Positions 61,041-64,000 of a DNA stretch of 64,000 bases are shown here, one piece after another; the first letter of the stretch is position 1, and every line of letters starts with the position of its first letter. The notes under the pieces were generated by a model. That model was given only the letters and a program-made list of their open reading frames with translations, searched no databases and had not been told where the DNA came from. The stretch is taken from positions 1,306 through 65,305 of the forward strand of contig CAMCUO010000005.1 in the NCBI GenBank assembly GCA_945879015.1, read 5' to 3'. Source of the DNA: Chitinophaga pinensis (lineage in GTDB: Bacteria; Bacteroidota; Bacteroidia; 2-12-FULL-35-15). A program made the position numbers and the translations under genes.

Positions 61041-63416
61041 CTACTTCTTCTTACTCACAATTTCAAATTGCTGAATAATAGACTCACCTTCTTCGTCAAC
61101 TAATGTAAGTGTATGAATGCCTTCATCTGGAGTTAAACCCATTTGGTGGTTACTTTGAGTTGTTCCAATAAATACTCCATCCAAGTGCCAATAGATATTT
61201 ATATTTCCTTTGCGATGTGCTACTTGAAAAATTGTTTTTCCCATTGAACCATCAATCTCAACAGGAACATATATTTTACTGAATAGTTTTGGATAAATAA
61301 TTTCCATTCCACTTAATCCAGTTGTTTCGCAATCGCTCCGTAAGGGTGGCAATTCTTTATAAGTGGAGTTTTTCGATTTAAAATAAAATTCCATTGCTGG
61401 TGGCAAAACAAACCAACTTATATGTTTCATTTTATTTACATCCTCGCAATTGCTGTTCACTCTATAAGTTTCATTTGCATCCAAATGAATTAAACGATGG
61501 TATTTGCAGGACTCAGTTCTTAATCCACTTTTTTGTATTCTCACTTCTTCAACAGGTTTACAAATATCAGTTGCGCGAGAACCACTTTGTTTACAAAGTT
61601 TTATTTTTTCCATTTCATCATAGGGAGGAGTAAACCATTTCCCAGGTTTTAATACACTAAAAATATCAAACAGAATTGGTGCAGCAGTTTCTATTCCAAT
61701 CAATCCTGGGCGACCTTCACCATCAGCATTTCCTACCCAAACTCCTACAACATATTTTGGAGTTATTCCTATAGCCCAACCATCTCTATAACCAAAACTT
61801 GTTCCTGTTTTCCAAGCAACTTTTGATGAGGATGTATATTGTTTCCACCCTCCATCTTCATCTGGACGAGCAACTTCAACCATTGCTTCAAACGTAAAAT
61901 AGATGGATGCAGCATCAATGATGGATGAGTTTTCTAAATCAGATTTTTTTTCTTCTTGTAATGTATAATAGGGTGCATGGAAATCATTCCTATCGTATTT
62001 TCCTCCATAGCTTGTATAGTTGTTTAAAGCGCGAGCCATACTTGCATACATTCCAGTTATATCCCATAATTTTCCTTCTGCTCCGCCCAAAATAACTGAT
62101 AATCCATAATGATCTGGAGCACTTGTTAGTGTTGTCATTCCTAGTTTTTTTAGATTGTAATTAAATTTTTCAATTCCATAATTTTGTAGCATACGAACAG
62201 CTGGAATATTTAAACTTCTGGCCAATGCACGCTTTGCTGGAACAGCACCATCAAATGTTTGATTGTAATTTTGCGGAGCGTAACCTGCAATTTGTGTTGG
62301 AATATCTGGAATAAGAGTAGTGGATAATAATTCTCCATCATTTAGCATGCTAGCAAATAGAAATGGTTTTAAAATACTTCCTGTACTTCTAGGAGCGCTT
62401 ATTACATCTACATCTCCTTCGTATTCTGGTTTCCCTTTGTTATTGGTGTTTCCAACATAAGCCAATACATTTCCTGTATTTACATCTAACACAATTGCAC
62501 AAGCATTGTGAATTTCATTTCCTCTTAAAATTTTATGGTGATTTTCAATAATGGTATTTACTCGTTCTTGTAAATGCCCATCTAATGTTGAAATAATTCG
62601 TTGCCCAGAAAAGTTTTCTTTTACAGCTCTTTGTAAAAGATGTGGGGCTAGTTGGGTTATAGCGTGTGGCTTTCCAGGTAATGGTTCTTGTTTGCTTAAT
62701 TCACATGTTTCTTTATCAATAAGTTTTGCTACAAATAATTGATCCAATAATCGGTTTCTTTTTTTGAATAATCGTTCTTGATTTTTTCCTGGATAAATTA
62801 AACTTGGAGCATTCGGCAAAACTGCCAATGTTGCGGCTTCTGCCCATGATAATTTTGATGGCTCTCGACCAAAATATCGCCATGAAGCAGCATCAATTCC
62901 CACTACATTGCTTCCGAATGGTGCATTTGATGCATAAAGTTCGAGGATTTCTTTTTTTGAATAACTGAACTCTAATCTGGTTGCTAAAATAATTTCAATA
63001 AATTTTTCAAAGAATGTTCGTTTTTGCCCTTTTCTTGACATGCGAATTACTTGCATTGTTATAGTGCTTCCACCGCTAATGGTTCGTTTAGCTTCTATAT
63101 TTTGTTTTGTTGCTCTAGCAATAGCTGCAGGGCTTACTCCCCAATGTGAGTAATATCCTCTATCCTCGAATTGAATTATACAATCAATAAATTTTTGAGG
63201 CAATTTTTTTGTTAATGGAAATCTCCATTGTCCATCTTCTGCAATTTTTGCAGCAAGTAATTCTCCTTTGTTATCTTCTAATACTGTACTAGTTTTGTTT
63301 TTAAATAGGGGAGAAGGTAAGCAGAGGCAATACCAAGAAACTAAAATTAGTAGTAGTATCGAAAGTATCCCTTTTCTAGTTTTAAGAAAATTTAATATGA
63401 AAGGAATACGTTTCAA
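61041..63416 (-). CDS. pbpC: Penicillin-binding protein 1C (bifunctional transglycosylase/transpeptidase).
   Basis: FEDRGYYSHWGVSPAAIARA (GT51 motif); 791 aa; C-terminal PBP1C-specific domain. Confidence 0.85.
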   Translation of the reverse strand: MKRIPFILNFLKTRKGILSILLLILVSWYCLCLPSPLFKNKTSTVLEDNKGELLAAKIAEDGQWRFPLTKKLPQKFIDCIIQFEDRGYYSHWGVSPAAIARATKQNIEAKRTISGGSTITMQVIRMSRKGQKRTFFEKFIEIILATRLEFSYSKKEILELYASNAPFGSNVVGIDAASWRYFGREPSKLSWAEAATLAVLPNAPSLIYPGKNQERLFKKRNRLLDQLFVAKLIDKETCELSKQEPLPGKPHAITQLAPHLLQRAVKENFSGQRIISTLDGHLQERVNTIIENHHKILRGNEIHNACAIVLDVNTGNVLAYVGNTNNKGKPEYEGDVDVISAPRSTGSILKPFLFASMLNDGELLSTTLIPDIPTQIAGYAPQNYNQTFDGAVPAKRALARSLNIPAVRMLQNYGIEKFNYNLKKLGMTTLTSAPDHYGLSVILGGAEGKLWDITGMYASMARALNNYTSYGGKYDRNDFHAPYYTLQEEKKSDLENSSIIDAASIYFTFEAMVEVARPDEDGGWKQYTSSSKVAWKTGTSFGYRDGWAIGITPKYVVGVWVGNADGEGRPGLIGIETAAPILFDIFSVLKPGKWFTPPYDEMEKIKLCKQSGSRATDICKPVEEVRIQKSGLRTESCKYHRLIHLDANETYRVNSNCEDVNKMKHISWFVLPPAMEFYFKSKNSTYKELPPLRSDCETTGLSGMEIIYPKLFSKIYVPVEIDGSMGKTIFQVAHRKGNINIYWHLDGVFIGTTQSNHQMGLTPDEGIHTLTLVDEEGESIIQQFEIVSKKK

Positions 63417-63424
63417 TTAGTATA

Positions 63425-64000
63425 TTAATTGGTAGAATTTTTATTTTTCAATTCGTTTCGCAATTGACGAGCAGTTTTTTTGCTACCATCATGACTCCAG
63501 CCAGGCGGGCCAAAAACATACATAAATTTTGCTTTTAAAGAAGATGATTTACGTAAGTCTTTACCAATATTTATCCATTCATGAAAAACCATTTTTATTG
63601 GGTGATGTGTTTTTATATTTTCTGTTAGTCCATAAATCACTTTCTCTTTTGCATCTTCTGCCACAAATGTTCCAAATAACTTGTCCCAAATGATAAAAAC
63701 CATTCCCATGTTTTTATCAAGATACTTTACATTGCTTGCGTGATGGACTCTATGGTGGGATGGAGTAGACATGAAATATTCAAGAAACCCTAGTTTGTTC
63801 ACTGTTTTTGTATGAATGAGAATGCCGTATATTTGAGTAGCAGAATAAATAAACATAATGTCAATTCCTTTGAACCCTAAAAGTGCTAATGGAATAAAAT
63901 AAATAAAGCGATACAATGGTTGAAAAACAGATGATCGAAATCCTACGGTTAAATTAAATTCCTCAGATGAATGATGCGTAACATGAACAGCCCAAAACAT
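63425..64000 (-). CDS. Fatty-acid hydroxylase / sterol-desaturase superfamily membrane protein; partial, the N-terminus lies beyond the window end.
   Basis: His boxes HVTHHSSEE and HHRVHHASN. Confidence 0.7.
   Translation of the reverse strand: MFWAVHVTHHSSEEFNLTVGFRSSVFQPLYRFIYFIPLALLGFKGIDIMFIYSATQIYGILIHTKTVNKLGFLEYFMSTPSHHRVHHASNVKYLDKNMGMVFIIWDKLFGTFVAEDAKEKVIYGLTENIKTHHPIKMVFHEWINIGKDLRKSSSLKAKFMYVFGPPGWSHDGSKKTARQLRNELKNKNSTN

Noticed and set aside
1-64000. rRNA genes, additional tRNAs, riboswitch-like leaders
   Set aside because: No 16S/23S/5S-like conserved blocks and no other cloverleaf candidates were seen outside the 54955-55652 locus. Structured RNAs cannot be excluded without a covariance-model search.

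Overview
This is an AT-rich (about one-third GC) Bacteroidota chromosome segment, most likely Flavobacteriia or Sphingobacteriia. Supporting signs: T9SS C-terminal sorting domains, gldF/gldG, no Shine-Dalgarno sequences, TAnnTTTG-type promoter boxes, and a str operon lacking tuf. Layout: (i) at the left edge, the remnant of an integrative element: a frameshifted ORF plus a Bacteroides-type tyrosine integrase. (ii) A core block: gldF-gldG-DUF4340, dnaN, a T9SS-secreted esterase, isoaspartyl peptidase, glutathione peroxidase and a UvrD-family helicase. (iii) A roughly 20 kb accessory island at 13.4-33.3 kb, detailed below. (iv) The complete, classic ribosomal-protein superoperon, running rpsL-rpsG-fusA-rpsJ through rpoA-rplQ with secY, map, infA and rpmJ. 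(v) carA, a TylF-like methyltransferase, and a tRNA-Arg(CCG) hotspot with decayed tRNA copies and a GIY-YIG nuclease. (vi) A PorZ-like T9SS propeller protein, recO, a T9SS-targeted blue-copper protein, a TonB-C protein, PBP1C and a partial fatty-acid hydroxylase. The accessory island holds two sulfotransferases, then a five-gene operon: a fused DltB(MBOAT)-DltD-like membrane protein, a DltC-like carrier, a DltA-like adenylase, an atypical acyl-CoA-dehydrogenase-like enzyme and a flavin-dependent halogenase. Next come three tandem AspH-family 2OG/Fe(II) hydroxylase paralogs and a DUF808 protein. A KASIII-ACP-KASIII-ketoreductase-GT2(ArnC-like)-GNAT operon follows, divergent from a GT-C/TPR (ArnT/PMT-like) glycosyltransferase. 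The candidate novel system is the Dlt-like carrier-protein aminoacylation machinery joined to pyoluteorin-type tailoring enzymes (dehydrogenase plus halogenase). It suggests halogenated or dehydrogenated acyl decoration of an envelope polymer or lipid in a Gram-negative organism. Several dispersed palindromic repeat families also occur, and a perfect heptad-repeat hairpin lies between rpoA and rplQ.
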